Below, piece after piece: positions 10,065 to 20,100 of a stretch of 64,000 bases of DNA. The DNA comes from Bacteroidales bacterium (GTDB lineage: Bacteria; Bacteroidota; Bacteroidia; Bacteroidales; UBA10428), in contig JAFGRC010000018.1 in NCBI GenBank assembly GCA_016935355.1, positions 284-64,283 of the forward strand, given 5' to 3'. How positions within the stretch are numbered: the first letter of the stretch is position 1; every line of letters starts with the position of its first letter. Below the pieces are notes generated by a model. It did not search any database. It saw nothing but the letters and a program-made list of their open reading frames with translations, and had not been told where the DNA came from. A program made the position numbers and the translations under genes.

Positions 10065-12176
10065 TTAGTTCAACCCTCTTCTTTCAATCATAGCTTCGAC
10101 AGAAGGCATATTACCCCTGAATTTAACGTACTGCACCATGCTCTCGTCATCACCGGATTCTGCAAGGCAATATTTTCTGAATTTTGCAGCAAGTTCCTGG
10201 TTAAACAGGTCACCGGATTCTTTGAAAGCCATGAATGCATCTGCATCCAGCTGTTCAGCCCACAAATATACATAGTATCCGGCCGCATAACCTCCGTTAA
10301 AAATATGAGAAAAGTAAGTGGCACGGTAACGCGGAAGAATTTCCGGAATCAGGTCTATTCTCTCCATTGATGCATTCTCAAATGCCACCACATCAACATC
10401 CAAGGGAACATCCAGCGTATGAAAGTCCATATCCAGGATTGACGCTGCAATCAATTCAGTGCTTTCAAATCCCTGGTTAAATGTGCTGCTTCTTACGATC
10501 TTGGTGATCAATTCGTCAGGGATCACTTCACCGGTCTCAAAGTGCCGGGCATATGATCTCAATACCTCGGGTTCGCCTGCCCAGTTTTCCATGATCTGGG
10601 AAGGAAGTTCCACAAAATCACGTGCAACTTCACCGGCTGTGCGGTCATATTTCCCTTCCGTGAACAATACGTGCAATGCATGACCGAATTCATGGAACAA
10701 TGTCGTTACTTCGTCCCAGTTCAGCAGGGAAGGCAGATCTGCGTTCGGTGTCGTGAAATTGGTTACAACGGAAACCACCGGATGAATCCTTTCTCCGTCT
10801 TCCCAGCCCGGTGAACGGAATGTTGTACACCATGCACCGACACGTTTTCCTCCTCTCGGATAATAATCCAGATAAAGAATCCCGATGTGCCTCCCATCAC
10901 CTTCAGTCACCTCAAAAACTTCCACATCAGGATGGTACACCGGTATATCCGTGCTTTCTTGAAAGTTTATTCCGTAAAGTTCATGTGCAACCCTGAACAT
11001 GCCGTCCCTAACATTGGCCAGTTTGAAATAGGGCTTCAATTCATTTTCATCCAGATCGTACTTGTCTTTTCTCACCTTTTCAGCATAGTACCACCAGTCC
11101 CATGGCTGAAGTTTAAAATCACCGCCTTCCCGTTCAATAATTCCCTGCATCTCGGCCAATTCATTTCTGGCAAGAGACAGCGAAGGATTCCAGAGCTTCA
11201 GCAAAAAATCATAGACAGCATCAGGTGTTTTAGCCATGTTCTCTTCGATGATATAATCAGCATAGGTTTCATAACCCAACAATTTTGACTTTTCCACACG
11301 AAGCCGGATTATTTTTTGAACATTATCTTTATTATCATGTGCATTTTGATTGTCACCACGCATAAAGTAACCACGGTAAATCTTTTCCCTCAGATCCCGG
11401 TTTTCAGAAAACTGTAAAAAAGGTATCATGCTGGGTTTGGCCAGGGTAAAAACCCATTTGTCCGGCATGTTCAGTTCCTCCGCAGCAAGTAAAGCGCTCC
11501 GGATGATACTTTCGGACAAACCTTCAAGGTCGGCTGCATCTTCAATAACCAGTCTGAAATTATCATTGGTCTCGGCCAGCAAATTCTCTCCGAAAGTCAG
11601 CGAAAGCATGGACAGTTCAGCATTGATCCTGCGCAGCTCTTCCTGTTTTTCTGCCGGTAAATTGGAGCCGCGGCGCACAAAATCGTTGTAATATTTGTTC
11701 AATACCCGCATCTGTTGTGAATCAAGTTCCAGTTCGTTGCGTTTATTGTATACGGTTCTGATCCTGCCGAACAACTTTTCATTCATATAGATATCATCCC
11801 AATGCTGAGACAACAACGGATCAATCCGGCGTGCAACGGACTGCATCTGAGGATTTGTATTTGCGCTGTTCAGTGGATTGAATACCCGGGAAATCCGTGT
11901 CAAAAGTTTTCCCGATTGGTCATAAGCAAAAACCGTGTTCTCAAAATCAGGTTCCGCGGGATTGTTGACAATAGATTCTATCTCAGCATTGTGCTGATTG
12001 ATGCCTTCAATGAAGGCAGGAAAAAAATGCGTGGTGTCAATCAGATGAAAAGGAGGTACTTTAAATGGCGTATTATAATCAGATAGCAGAGGATTGTCAT
12101 CTTTTTTGCCGTTATCACACATATTGAATAAGAATAGTAAAATGAATATTAAACCTGAATAAAGCATTTTTTTCAT
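10065..12176 (-). CDS. dcp: M3-family peptidyl-dipeptidase (Dcp-like), lipoprotein/secreted
   Basis: HEFGH zinc motif (TTLFHEFGHALH). The start is chosen at MKKMLYSGLIFILLFLFNMC (ATG at 12176), which gives a signal peptide. The length and sequence are typical of Dcp/oligopeptidase A relatives. Confidence 0.85.
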   Translation of the reverse strand: MKKMLYSGLIFILLFLFNMCDNGKKDDNPLLSDYNTPFKVPPFHLIDTTHFFPAFIEGINQHNAEIESIVNNPAEPDFENTVFAYDQSGKLLTRISRVFNPLNSANTNPQMQSVARRIDPLLSQHWDDIYMNEKLFGRIRTVYNKRNELELDSQQMRVLNKYYNDFVRRGSNLPAEKQEELRRINAELSMLSLTFGENLLAETNDNFRLVIEDAADLEGLSESIIRSALLAAEELNMPDKWVFTLAKPSMIPFLQFSENRDLREKIYRGYFMRGDNQNAHDNKDNVQKIIRLRVEKSKLLGYETYADYIIEENMAKTPDAVYDFLLKLWNPSLSLARNELAEMQGIIEREGGDFKLQPWDWWYYAEKVRKDKYDLDENELKPYFKLANVRDGMFRVAHELYGINFQESTDIPVYHPDVEVFEVTEGDGRHIGILYLDYYPRGGKRVGAWCTTFRSPGWEDGERIHPVVSVVTNFTTPNADLPSLLNWDEVTTLFHEFGHALHVLFTEGKYDRTAGEVARDFVELPSQIMENWAGEPEVLRSYARHFETGEVIPDELITKIVRSSTFNQGFESTELIAASILDMDFHTLDVPLDVDVVAFENASMERIDLIPEILPRYRATYFSHIFNGGYAAGYYVYLWAEQLDADAFMAFKESGDLFNQELAAKFRKYCLAESGDDESMVQYVKFRGNMPSVEAMIERRGLN

Positions 12177-12319
12177 GATCGTGCGTGTCTTAATTTTTAA
12201 AATGGATAAAACGTTTCTGAAGCGAATATAAACCGTTATTATTGAAAAACAAATGATATTGTCTTTCAGAATCAACTGACTTGTAAAATTCAGGATAGAA
12301 AAAAAAATTTACCGGGAAA

Positions 12320-13423
12320 TCATTTCTCGGATGCCGGAAGGCTCACAAAAAAACTACTGCCCTTGCCTACCTTGCTTTTGATCCACAATTCACCATTGTT
12401 CAGGTTGATAAATTCCTTGCACAGCTGGATACCCAATCCCGATCCCTTTTCATTGTCAGTCCCGTAAGTTGTATAATGTATATTTCTGGTCAACAGCTTT
12501 TCTATTGATTCCGCCTGCATTCCCACACCATTATCTTTGATCTGAAGTACAACCTGATTCTTTCCGCGTATCTTTTTTGTGGAAACGGTTATTGTAACAT
12601 GTCCGTTACGGGGTGTGAATTTCAGGGCATTCGAAATCAGATTTCGTATCACGCTTGAGATCAATTCCCTGTCGACAAACGCATGTATTTCTTCAGGTCC
12701 CTCATATTTCAATTTGATGTTCTTATTTTCAGCCTGAATTTTAAAAAGTTTGATGATGATCTGGATCAGTCGCGGTATGTTTTCAGGCTGAGGCCTGCAA
12801 ATGATGTTACCTGACTGGCTCTTTGCCCAGTTGAGGAGATTTTCCAGCAGACTGAAAGCATTGTCCGCAAGTATATACAGGTCCTTGAGCAAAACCTGGG
12901 TATTTTTATCCAGCTCGTTTGTCACCATCAGGAAGGCATCAATATACGTACGAATGTTACCGACCGGACTGCGCAGATCATGACCGATCACCGAAAAGAT
13001 CTTCTTTTCATATACGTTTTTCTGTTCTATTTGTTTCCGCTGATGCTGGATGGTCAGATGAGTCTTGACGCGCATCTTCAATTCTTTGGTATTGAAAGGT
13101 TTGGTTATATAATCCACGGCTCCGGCCTCAAAACCTTTAATAATGCTTTCAGAATCAGCCTTTGCAGTCAGAAAAATGACAGCAATTTCACGTGTTGAAG
13201 GATTTTCTTTTATCTTACGGCATATATCGAAGCCATCCATTTCGGGCATCATAATATCCAGCAGGACAAGCTCAAAACGTTTTGAAGCAAGCCACTCCAG
13301 GGCTTCCTTACCGCTGGTTGCAAATTCCAGCTCATAATTCTCCTGTTTCAGAATGCTTCCCAGCAACTGTATATTCCTGGGAACATCATCAACGATCAGA
13401 ATGCTCTGTTCTTCCGGATTCAT
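12320..13423 (-). CDS. Hybrid response-regulator receiver + histidine kinase (REC-HisKA-HATPase)
   Basis: REC motifs (ILIVDD, LVLLDIMMPEMDG, LTAK), an H-box (FSVIGHDLRSPV), and N/G boxes (ISNALKFT, DNGVGM, GSGLGI). Confidence 0.85.
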   Translation of the reverse strand: MNPEEQSILIVDDVPRNIQLLGSILKQENYELEFATSGKEALEWLASKRFELVLLDIMMPEMDGFDICRKIKENPSTREIAVIFLTAKADSESIIKGFEAGAVDYITKPFNTKELKMRVKTHLTIQHQRKQIEQKNVYEKKIFSVIGHDLRSPVGNIRTYIDAFLMVTNELDKNTQVLLKDLYILADNAFSLLENLLNWAKSQSGNIICRPQPENIPRLIQIIIKLFKIQAENKNIKLKYEGPEEIHAFVDRELISSVIRNLISNALKFTPRNGHVTITVSTKKIRGKNQVVLQIKDNGVGMQAESIEKLLTRNIHYTTYGTDNEKGSGLGIQLCKEFINLNNGELWIKSKVGKGSSFFVSLPASEK

Positions 13424-13502
13424 TCGTTAGTTTTTTTGTCTGTTAAGGTTCCTGGTTTGTCGGGAGAACATCCAACTGATCGTTCTTATTTGTGAAAAAA
13501 AT

Positions 13503-15854
13503 TTACATGCGTGTCTCATGTGGTATCTTTTTCAGTTTATCCAGCAAACCTGGAAATTCTTCCAGTTTAAGCTGCATCTCCTCGATATCAAAATTTTCGA
13601 TGGTAAGATACAACTGTTCCCCGTATTCCTGAACATATTTCACCTTAAATTTTTTACCCAGTCTGACAACATCCTGTGCGAAAAATTTTATTTCCTTAAG
13701 TGGCTTTTTTGACTCAAACTGTTTCCATTGACGGTACATTTTGTTCTCAAATTTGTCCAGAAGGGAAATGAATTCGTCATGGCTCATTATGCTCACAGGT
13801 TTCTGGTCATCTTTTTTCCTTTCATGAACAGGACTGCCCGGATTGTATGCTGCTACCGTACGCGGGATTTTTCCGGACTTTTTGCTTCCCGGTTCAAATA
13901 CTGTTTGTTTTAGTGGTTCTTTGATATATTCTACGCCCGGAAATACAATGGTAAATGTAGTCCCTTTGCCCACCTCGCTTTCTAAAAAAATTTTACCATT
14001 CATGGCTTCCACGAAACGTTTGGTAATCGCCAGCCCTAGTCCCGTACCCTCGTATTTTCGCGCATCGAGTTTTAATTGTTGCCGGAATGAGTCAAAAATT
14101 ACCTGATATGAATCTTCAGGTATGCCAATACCGGTGTCCATGATGCTGATCTCCAGCTTCATCAACGCGCGATTCCCTTGTACCCTTTTCGTCCTGGCTT
14201 TAACAAGCAGATCCACATGCCCCTCATGTGTAAATTTTATTGCATTGCCCACCAGGTTGATAAGGATTTGCCTGAGTCTTGTTTCATCAAAAATGATCTC
14301 AGCCGGAAAATCCGCATCAATATGTTCATGATAAGCGATTCCCTTTTGATTTGCCTTCAGAAAAAATATATTGCGGATCTCATCAAGCATGTCCCTGACT
14401 TTAACAGAAGTATAATGCAGGTTAACTTTCCCTGCTTCAATTTTTGACAGGTCCAGCAAGTCGTTGATCAACGTCATCAGGTTTTCACCGCTGGACTTAA
14501 TGCTGTTCAGGTATTTAAGCTGCGTCTCATCCAGAGTCATGTTTTCGAGCAGTTCTGCGAAACCCAGAACAGTGTTGAGGGGAGTTCTGATCTCATGACT
14601 GATGTTTGCCAGAAATTCGCTTTTTGCTTTGTTGGCTTCTTCAGCGAGCTGTTTTGCTTTTTTAAGCTCTTCAAGTACATTGATCCTTTCAGAAATGTCA
14701 AAAATAAACCCGTCCAGCCATTTTACATTCTGATTCTGGTCATATACCGGTTTTCCGCTGTCAGACACCCACTTAACCTTATGATCAGCTGTCAGGATCC
14801 GGTACTCAACAGTATATTGTTTTGTTTTCAGCAATCCGGAATGGATTGTACTGAGCACCCTTTCCAGATCCTCCGGATGAATAATACTCGCGTATGACCT
14901 GCCGGCATTAAAAAGAAACACATTGGCTTTATAACCGGATAAGGTCTCAACTGCATCCGTAATGTAAAATATGGTACGGCTATGATCCAGAGCACATCTG
15001 TACAAAACTCCTGGTATGTTGGAAACCATTGATTTGTATTGCTCTTCACTTTCACGAAGCGACTGTTCTGCCTTCTTCTGTTTTGTAATGTCCTCTTTTA
15101 TTGCGATATAACGGACAATGTCTCCGTTCTTGTTTTTAACCGGCGTAATGGTTGCATATTCCCAGTATATTTCACCGTTCTTTTTCCGGTTCTGAAATTC
15201 ACCTGTCCACTGTTCTCCTTTCTTAAGCGTTTGCCACAGATCCTGATAAAATGATGAAGTCTGAATGCCGGATTTTAAAATCCTCGGATTCTTCCCTATC
15301 ACTTCATCCGGACTATAACCGGTCACTTTGGTGAAGGAACGGTTCACATACTCAATTTCTCCGTCGGTTCTGGTAATGATAATAATATTTGCGCTCTGAT
15401 CCACCGCAACCGTGAGCTTGCTTATTTCGTCCTCAACACTTCTGCGGCCTGAAATATCACGAACCGAAACAATATTGATGACTTCTTTTCCGCAAAGAAC
15501 TTTATGTGATTCCATCTCAACCGCAATGAGACTGCCATCCTTTCGCTCCAGCTCAATTTCAAACGGATCACGTTGAGTTGTTATCGATTCCTGGAAAAGT
15601 GACCTCTCGTGCTTATGCGGAATTGTATGCTCAATCCTTTTACCTTCGGTGATCTCCTCCCTGGTTAAGCCTGTAAGCCTTAAAACAGCTTCATTCACAA
15701 ATATTAAGGCACCCTTGCGGTAAAACATTATGCCTTCAAAAGAAAAATTGTCCAGCATCTGCAGCTTATCTTCGATTTCTTCAAAAGGTTCCGGTATGTG
15801 TTTATATTCTTTCATAAACCCTGTTTCATTGTCACTGCCACCTGTCAAGGTCAT
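13503..15854 (-). CDS. Multi-PAS sensor histidine kinase with a C-terminal HPt-like tail
   Basis: Several PAS-like repeats. The H-box is FLANISHEIRTPLN. ATPase boxes are present (LVGNAIKFT, DTGIGI, GTGLGL). A helical tail of about 94 aa follows. Confidence 0.85.
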   Translation of the reverse strand: MTLTGGSDNETGFMKEYKHIPEPFEEIEDKLQMLDNFSFEGIMFYRKGALIFVNEAVLRLTGLTREEITEGKRIEHTIPHKHERSLFQESITTQRDPFEIELERKDGSLIAVEMESHKVLCGKEVINIVSVRDISGRRSVEDEISKLTVAVDQSANIIIITRTDGEIEYVNRSFTKVTGYSPDEVIGKNPRILKSGIQTSSFYQDLWQTLKKGEQWTGEFQNRKKNGEIYWEYATITPVKNKNGDIVRYIAIKEDITKQKKAEQSLRESEEQYKSMVSNIPGVLYRCALDHSRTIFYITDAVETLSGYKANVFLFNAGRSYASIIHPEDLERVLSTIHSGLLKTKQYTVEYRILTADHKVKWVSDSGKPVYDQNQNVKWLDGFIFDISERINVLEELKKAKQLAEEANKAKSEFLANISHEIRTPLNTVLGFAELLENMTLDETQLKYLNSIKSSGENLMTLINDLLDLSKIEAGKVNLHYTSVKVRDMLDEIRNIFFLKANQKGIAYHEHIDADFPAEIIFDETRLRQILINLVGNAIKFTHEGHVDLLVKARTKRVQGNRALMKLEISIMDTGIGIPEDSYQVIFDSFRQQLKLDARKYEGTGLGLAITKRFVEAMNGKIFLESEVGKGTTFTIVFPGVEYIKEPLKQTVFEPGSKKSGKIPRTVAAYNPGSPVHERKKDDQKPVSIMSHDEFISLLDKFENKMYRQWKQFESKKPLKEIKFFAQDVVRLGKKFKVKYVQEYGEQLYLTIENFDIEEMQLKLEEFPGLLDKLKKIPHETRM

Positions 15855-16008
15855 TCATTTCATGATGAGCCCTGTCACGAAGGCCTGCAAAAACTTATCA
15901 TGATACAGTTTTCCACTGTTGCCCAAAGCAAAGCGATCCCGTATCCAAACTGAAAATTATGAAAAAAATAAAAAACCATGTCATATTAGTTATAAACATT
16001 ATGGTAAT

Positions 16009-16050
16009 AAAAAAAATGCCCTTCAGGCGTTGCAATCACTTGAAGGGCAT
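16009..16050 (-). terminator. Rho-independent terminator downstream of the 16074-16550 gene
   Basis: A 10-bp stem (atgcccttca at 16016-16025 pairing with tgaagggcat at 16041-16050). On the minus strand it is followed by a T-run, seen as forward A-run 16009-16015. Confidence 0.6.
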
Positions 16051-16073
16051 TTTCGGTTTCCGGGAATAAGACT

Positions 16074-16550
16074 TCACTCAATGATCACAGAATAACCATC
16101 TGTCCTAAGATTTTCCGCAACACTTTGTGCATATTCATAATCAAAATAAACCTTAGGTTTGTGCTTTGCGAAAACCGGGTATCTGCCAACGGCATCCTCA
16201 GAATTCAAATAATTGTAACCGACCAGATACAGGTCACTTCCATCCATCCTGACCTTGAAAACAGGACGATGCTTGCACAATTCAAGCACTTCAAACAATT
16301 CGAACTTCGTAATTTCAGGCTCTTGCTTTAGTTTTACGGTTTTTACAATTTCATCACTAAAGGGTTCCTTTGTGAAATGGAGATCAAAGTTCTTTACATA
16401 GCACGAAAGCACAATTGCCTCATCCTTGATAACAGCGGGTTTGTTCTCATCACCAACAAGACGTACATTGATTCCGAATCTCGAAAAAAGGCCCTTGAGC
16501 CTTTTGTTTCTTCGGACAACCATTTCTTCCAACGACTCATTCTTTCTCAT
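16074..16550 (-). CDS. Hypothetical protein (158 aa, no recognised family)
   Basis: Clean ORF with its own terminator and two exact TAnnTTTG motifs upstream. I recognise no motifs in the protein. Confidence 0.5.
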   Translation of the reverse strand: MRKNESLEEMVVRRNKRLKGLFSRFGINVRLVGDENKPAVIKDEAIVLSCYVKNFDLHFTKEPFSDEIVKTVKLKQEPEITKFELFEVLELCKHRPVFKVRMDGSDLYLVGYNYLNSEDAVGRYPVFAKHKPKVYFDYEYAQSVAENLRTDGYSVIIE

Positions 16551-16569
16551 AAATTACCTACTATGTATT

Positions 16570-16588
16570 CAAAATTAATTCAAAAATA
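16570..16588 (-). promoter_or_regulatory. Candidate Bacteroidota -7 promoter elements (TAATTTTG and TATTTTTG on the minus strand)
   Basis: Forward caaaatta (16570-16577) and caaaaata (16581-16588) are reverse complements of TAnnTTTG. They lie 20-38 nt upstream of the start at 16550. Confidence 0.3.
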
Positions 16589-16632
16589 GTGATTTTTTAA
16601 ATTTATCAATTATTATCATTGTTTATATTCCA

Positions 16633-16640
16633 TATTTTTG
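16633..16640 (+). promoter_or_regulatory. Candidate -7 promoter element TATTTTTG
   Basis: Exact TAnnTTTG match 9 nt upstream of the ATG at 16649. This is unusually close, so the assignment is uncertain. Confidence 0.25.
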
Positions 16641-16648
16641 AGGCTGAT

Positions 16649-17081
16649 ATGTATGCAATTATTGATACCGAAACAACAGGCGGGAATCCAAGGAAGGACA
16701 AACTTACCGAAATCGCAATTGTTATATACAACTGCCGGGAATTGTTTCCATTATGAAATCGGCTGTTGCAGAGGCGCCTGTCTGGGAAAGGAAGAACCCG
16801 GACAATACAACATCAGGGTCTTGCAGGCGATCAGGGATCACAGCCTGGAAAACCGCAATCTTCTTATTATTGATGGCGGAAGAAATGTTGAAGAAAGATC
16901 GGCCGTCAAAATAGAAAACGGTAAATATAGGGGCTTTGGCTATTTCAGTACGGAATATGCACCGGATCATCCCGAAATTATAATGGATTGTATCACAGGA
17001 TATTCCGATAGCCGTGAAACGCGCAACATCATTATTCAGTACCTCCGCAACCATCCGGTTGAAAAAATCCTGGTGTATTAA
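16649..17081 (+). pseudogene. Remnant of a DnaQ-type exonuclease / GIY-YIG (Cho/UvrC-like) fusion gene with a large internal deletion and frameshift
   Basis: The ATG at 16649 encodes MYAIIDTETTGGNPRKDKLTEIAIVIYN (DEDD ExoI motif), but this frame stops at 16754-16756 after 35 codons. A different frame (ORF 16638-17081) continues with CFHYEIGCCRGACLGKEEPGQYNIRV..., which resembles the end of a GIY-YIG nuclease domain plus a C-terminal tail. Confidence 0.55.
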
Positions 17082-17160
17082 TTCCGCATCAATAAAGGCA
17101 CATTGCAGAATACCGCATTTCGAAAGAAACCCTGAGTCGGTTTGTTCACCATTCTTTTGC

Positions 17161-17168
17161 TATTTTTG
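17161..17168 (+). promoter_or_regulatory. Candidate -7 promoter element TATTTTTG for purL
   Basis: Exact TAnnTTTG match 23 nt upstream of the purL ATG. A TTTG occurs at 17141-17144, although the spacing is shorter than the textbook value. Confidence 0.35.
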
Positions 17169-17190
17169 CGCTGGAATGTAACGAAACAGA

Positions 17191-20100
17191 ATGATACACT
17201 TTTTTAAAACGACAGGGAATCAACTTTATGCGCTGGAATCAAGAACGCAATTGGCATCAGATTCCATTTTCAAACTGGAATGGCTTTTTGGAAACGCGCA
17301 GATGCTTGGCCAAAGCGCTTTATCCGGTCGGCACATTGGACCGCGCAGGGAAATGATCACACCGTGGAGTACCAATGCGGTCGAGATCACCCAGAACATG
17401 GGAATTACCGGAATTTTACGGATTGAAGTCTTTATACCATATTCCGGAAAGCTTCATGATCCCATGCTGGAGGAAGTCTATGAAGGACTGGACCAGTATA
17501 TTTTCACCGTTGACAGGAAGTCGGAACCGGTCTACTATATTGACGATATTGATGCATATAATAAAAGTGAAGGACTGGCACTGAGTTCAGATGAGATCCG
17601 TTACCTGGAAGATTTAAGTCATAAACTTGAAAGAAGACTGACCGATTGCGAAATATTCGGATTCTCACAGGTAAACTCAGAACATTGCCGCCACAAAATA
17701 TTCAACGGTACGTTTATTGTTGACGGTATAAAAAAGGATTACAGTCTGTTCGAACTGATCAGGCATACTACACAATACAATACAAACCGCGTCATATCGG
17801 CATATCAAGATAATTGTGCGTTCCTGAGGGGACCTGAAATACAATTGTTTACAACACGATCATGCAATAAACCCGGTTATTTCGAATTCAGACCATTATC
17901 TGCAGCAATTTCCTTAAAAGCTGAAACACATAATTTTCCTACAACCGTTGAGCCGTTTAATGGTGCGGCTACCGGAACTGGCGGCGAGATCCGTGATCGT
18001 GTAGCAGGAGGTAAAGGTGCATTTCCGCTGGCCGGAACAGCTGTCTACATGACTTCCTATCCAAGATTGAACGGTGGCCGCAGGTGGGAACAGTTAACGG
18101 CCGAAAGAAGATGGCTGTATCATAAACCGGCAGAAATACTGATCAGGGCTTCCAACGGAACAAGCGATTTTGGCAATAAATTCGGACAACCCCTGATTTG
18201 TGGAAGCCTTTTCACTTTCGAACATTCTGAACACAACAGGATATGGGCTTTTGATAAAGTGATCATGCTGGCCGGAGGTGTCGGATATACCAGTATGGAA
18301 TACAGCACCAAAGATGAACCTGCAAAAGGCAACATCATTGTTCTGTTGGGAGGCGACAATTACCGGATCGGTATGGGTGGCGGAGCGGTTTCATCTGTCG
18401 CTACCGGTGAGTACGGTAATGTAATTGAACTAAACGCAGTACAACGTTCGAATCCCGAAATGCAAAAACGGATATGCAATGTTATACGTCTGCTGGCGGA
18501 ATCTGCTAAAAACCCGATCATCTCGATTCATGATCATGGTGCCGGGGGACACCTGAACTGCCTGTCAGAACTGGTTGAAAATACAGGTGGCCATATTGAT
18601 ATGGACAAACTGCCCATCGGTGATCCAACCCTGTCGGCCAAAGAAATCATCGGAAATGAATCTCAGGAACGTATTGGATTGATAATCAGTCAGGATGATG
18701 CCATTTGGGTACGAGAGATCTGTGAACGGGAAAGAGCTCCGTTTTACATCATCGGTGAAGTAACGGGAGACATGCAGTTTGTTTTTCAGGATAAAGACGC
18801 TAATTGTCCCATTAACCTCAGGCTGGAAGATCTTTTTGGCAACCCGCCCGGAACTGTGATCAGGGATGATACGGATAAATTGAAATTTAGGGAACCCGGG
18901 TATTCCCCGACTAAAATACATGATTACATTGAACATGTCCTGCAACTCGAAGCTGTTGCGTGCAAGGACTGGCTTACCAATAAAGTCGACCGCAGTGTAA
19001 CCGGACTGGTGGCCAAACAGCAGACATGCGGGAAATTACAGTTGCCTTTGAACAATCTGGGAGTTGTTGCACTCGACTATGTAAGCCACAGTGGTATCGC
19101 GACGGCAATCGGTCATGCTCCGGCCGCAGCAATGGTTGATCCCGCAAAGGGTTCCATTCTGGCCATTGCCGAAGCACTGACCAATATCATGTGGGGTCCT
19201 GTCCAGGACGGTATAAGAGGGATCTCACTTAGTGCCAACTGGATATGGCCAGGCAGAAACCCCGGTGAAGATGCCAGATTGTACGCGGCGGTCAGTGCGG
19301 CAAGTGATTTTGCAATAGCGCTTGGCATCAACATACCAACCGGTAAGGACTCTCTTTCCATGACCCAGAAGTATCCCGATGGCAGTGAGGTATATGCCCC
19401 GGGGACTGTGATCATATCTGCGGCAGGTGAAGTTACCGATATCCGGAATGTTGTTGAGCCTGTGATACAGATGTCTGAAGATTCGGAACTGATGTATGTC
19501 GACCTGTCACTCTGCGGTTTTGAAATGGGCGGCAGCGCTTTTTACCAGTCAATGAACTGCATCGGATCTACTGCTCCCACTGTGCTGAATCCCGGGTATT
19601 TTGCAGATTCCTTTGATACCATACAGGAACTGATCCTGAATCATGATATTGTTGCCGGTCACGATATATCCACTGGCGGAATGATCGTGACCCTTCTTGA
19701 AATGTGCTTTTCACAACCCGGTTCCGGGATGAAACTGAATCTGGATCCCGTTGCGGAAAATGATCTGGTAAAGATCCTGTTCAGCGAAAAACCAGGAATT
19801 GTCATTCAGGTTAGAAATAATACAAATACCCGGGAGATTCTACAAAAAAACGGAATTGTATTTTACAGAATAGGAAGTGTCTCAAATTCAGGTAAAATAG
19901 AAATTAACAAACAAAAACAGAAAATATCCCTGATTGTTGATAACTTTCGAAAGCATTGGTTTAAAACTTCTTATGAACTTGATAAGGAACAGAGCGGTAC
20001 CCTGCACGCAGAAAAAAGATTTCGCAATTTTGCCCGGCATCCGCTCGAATTTAATTTTTGTCACACCTTCTCAGGAAAATTCGCTCAGTACACGATAAAT

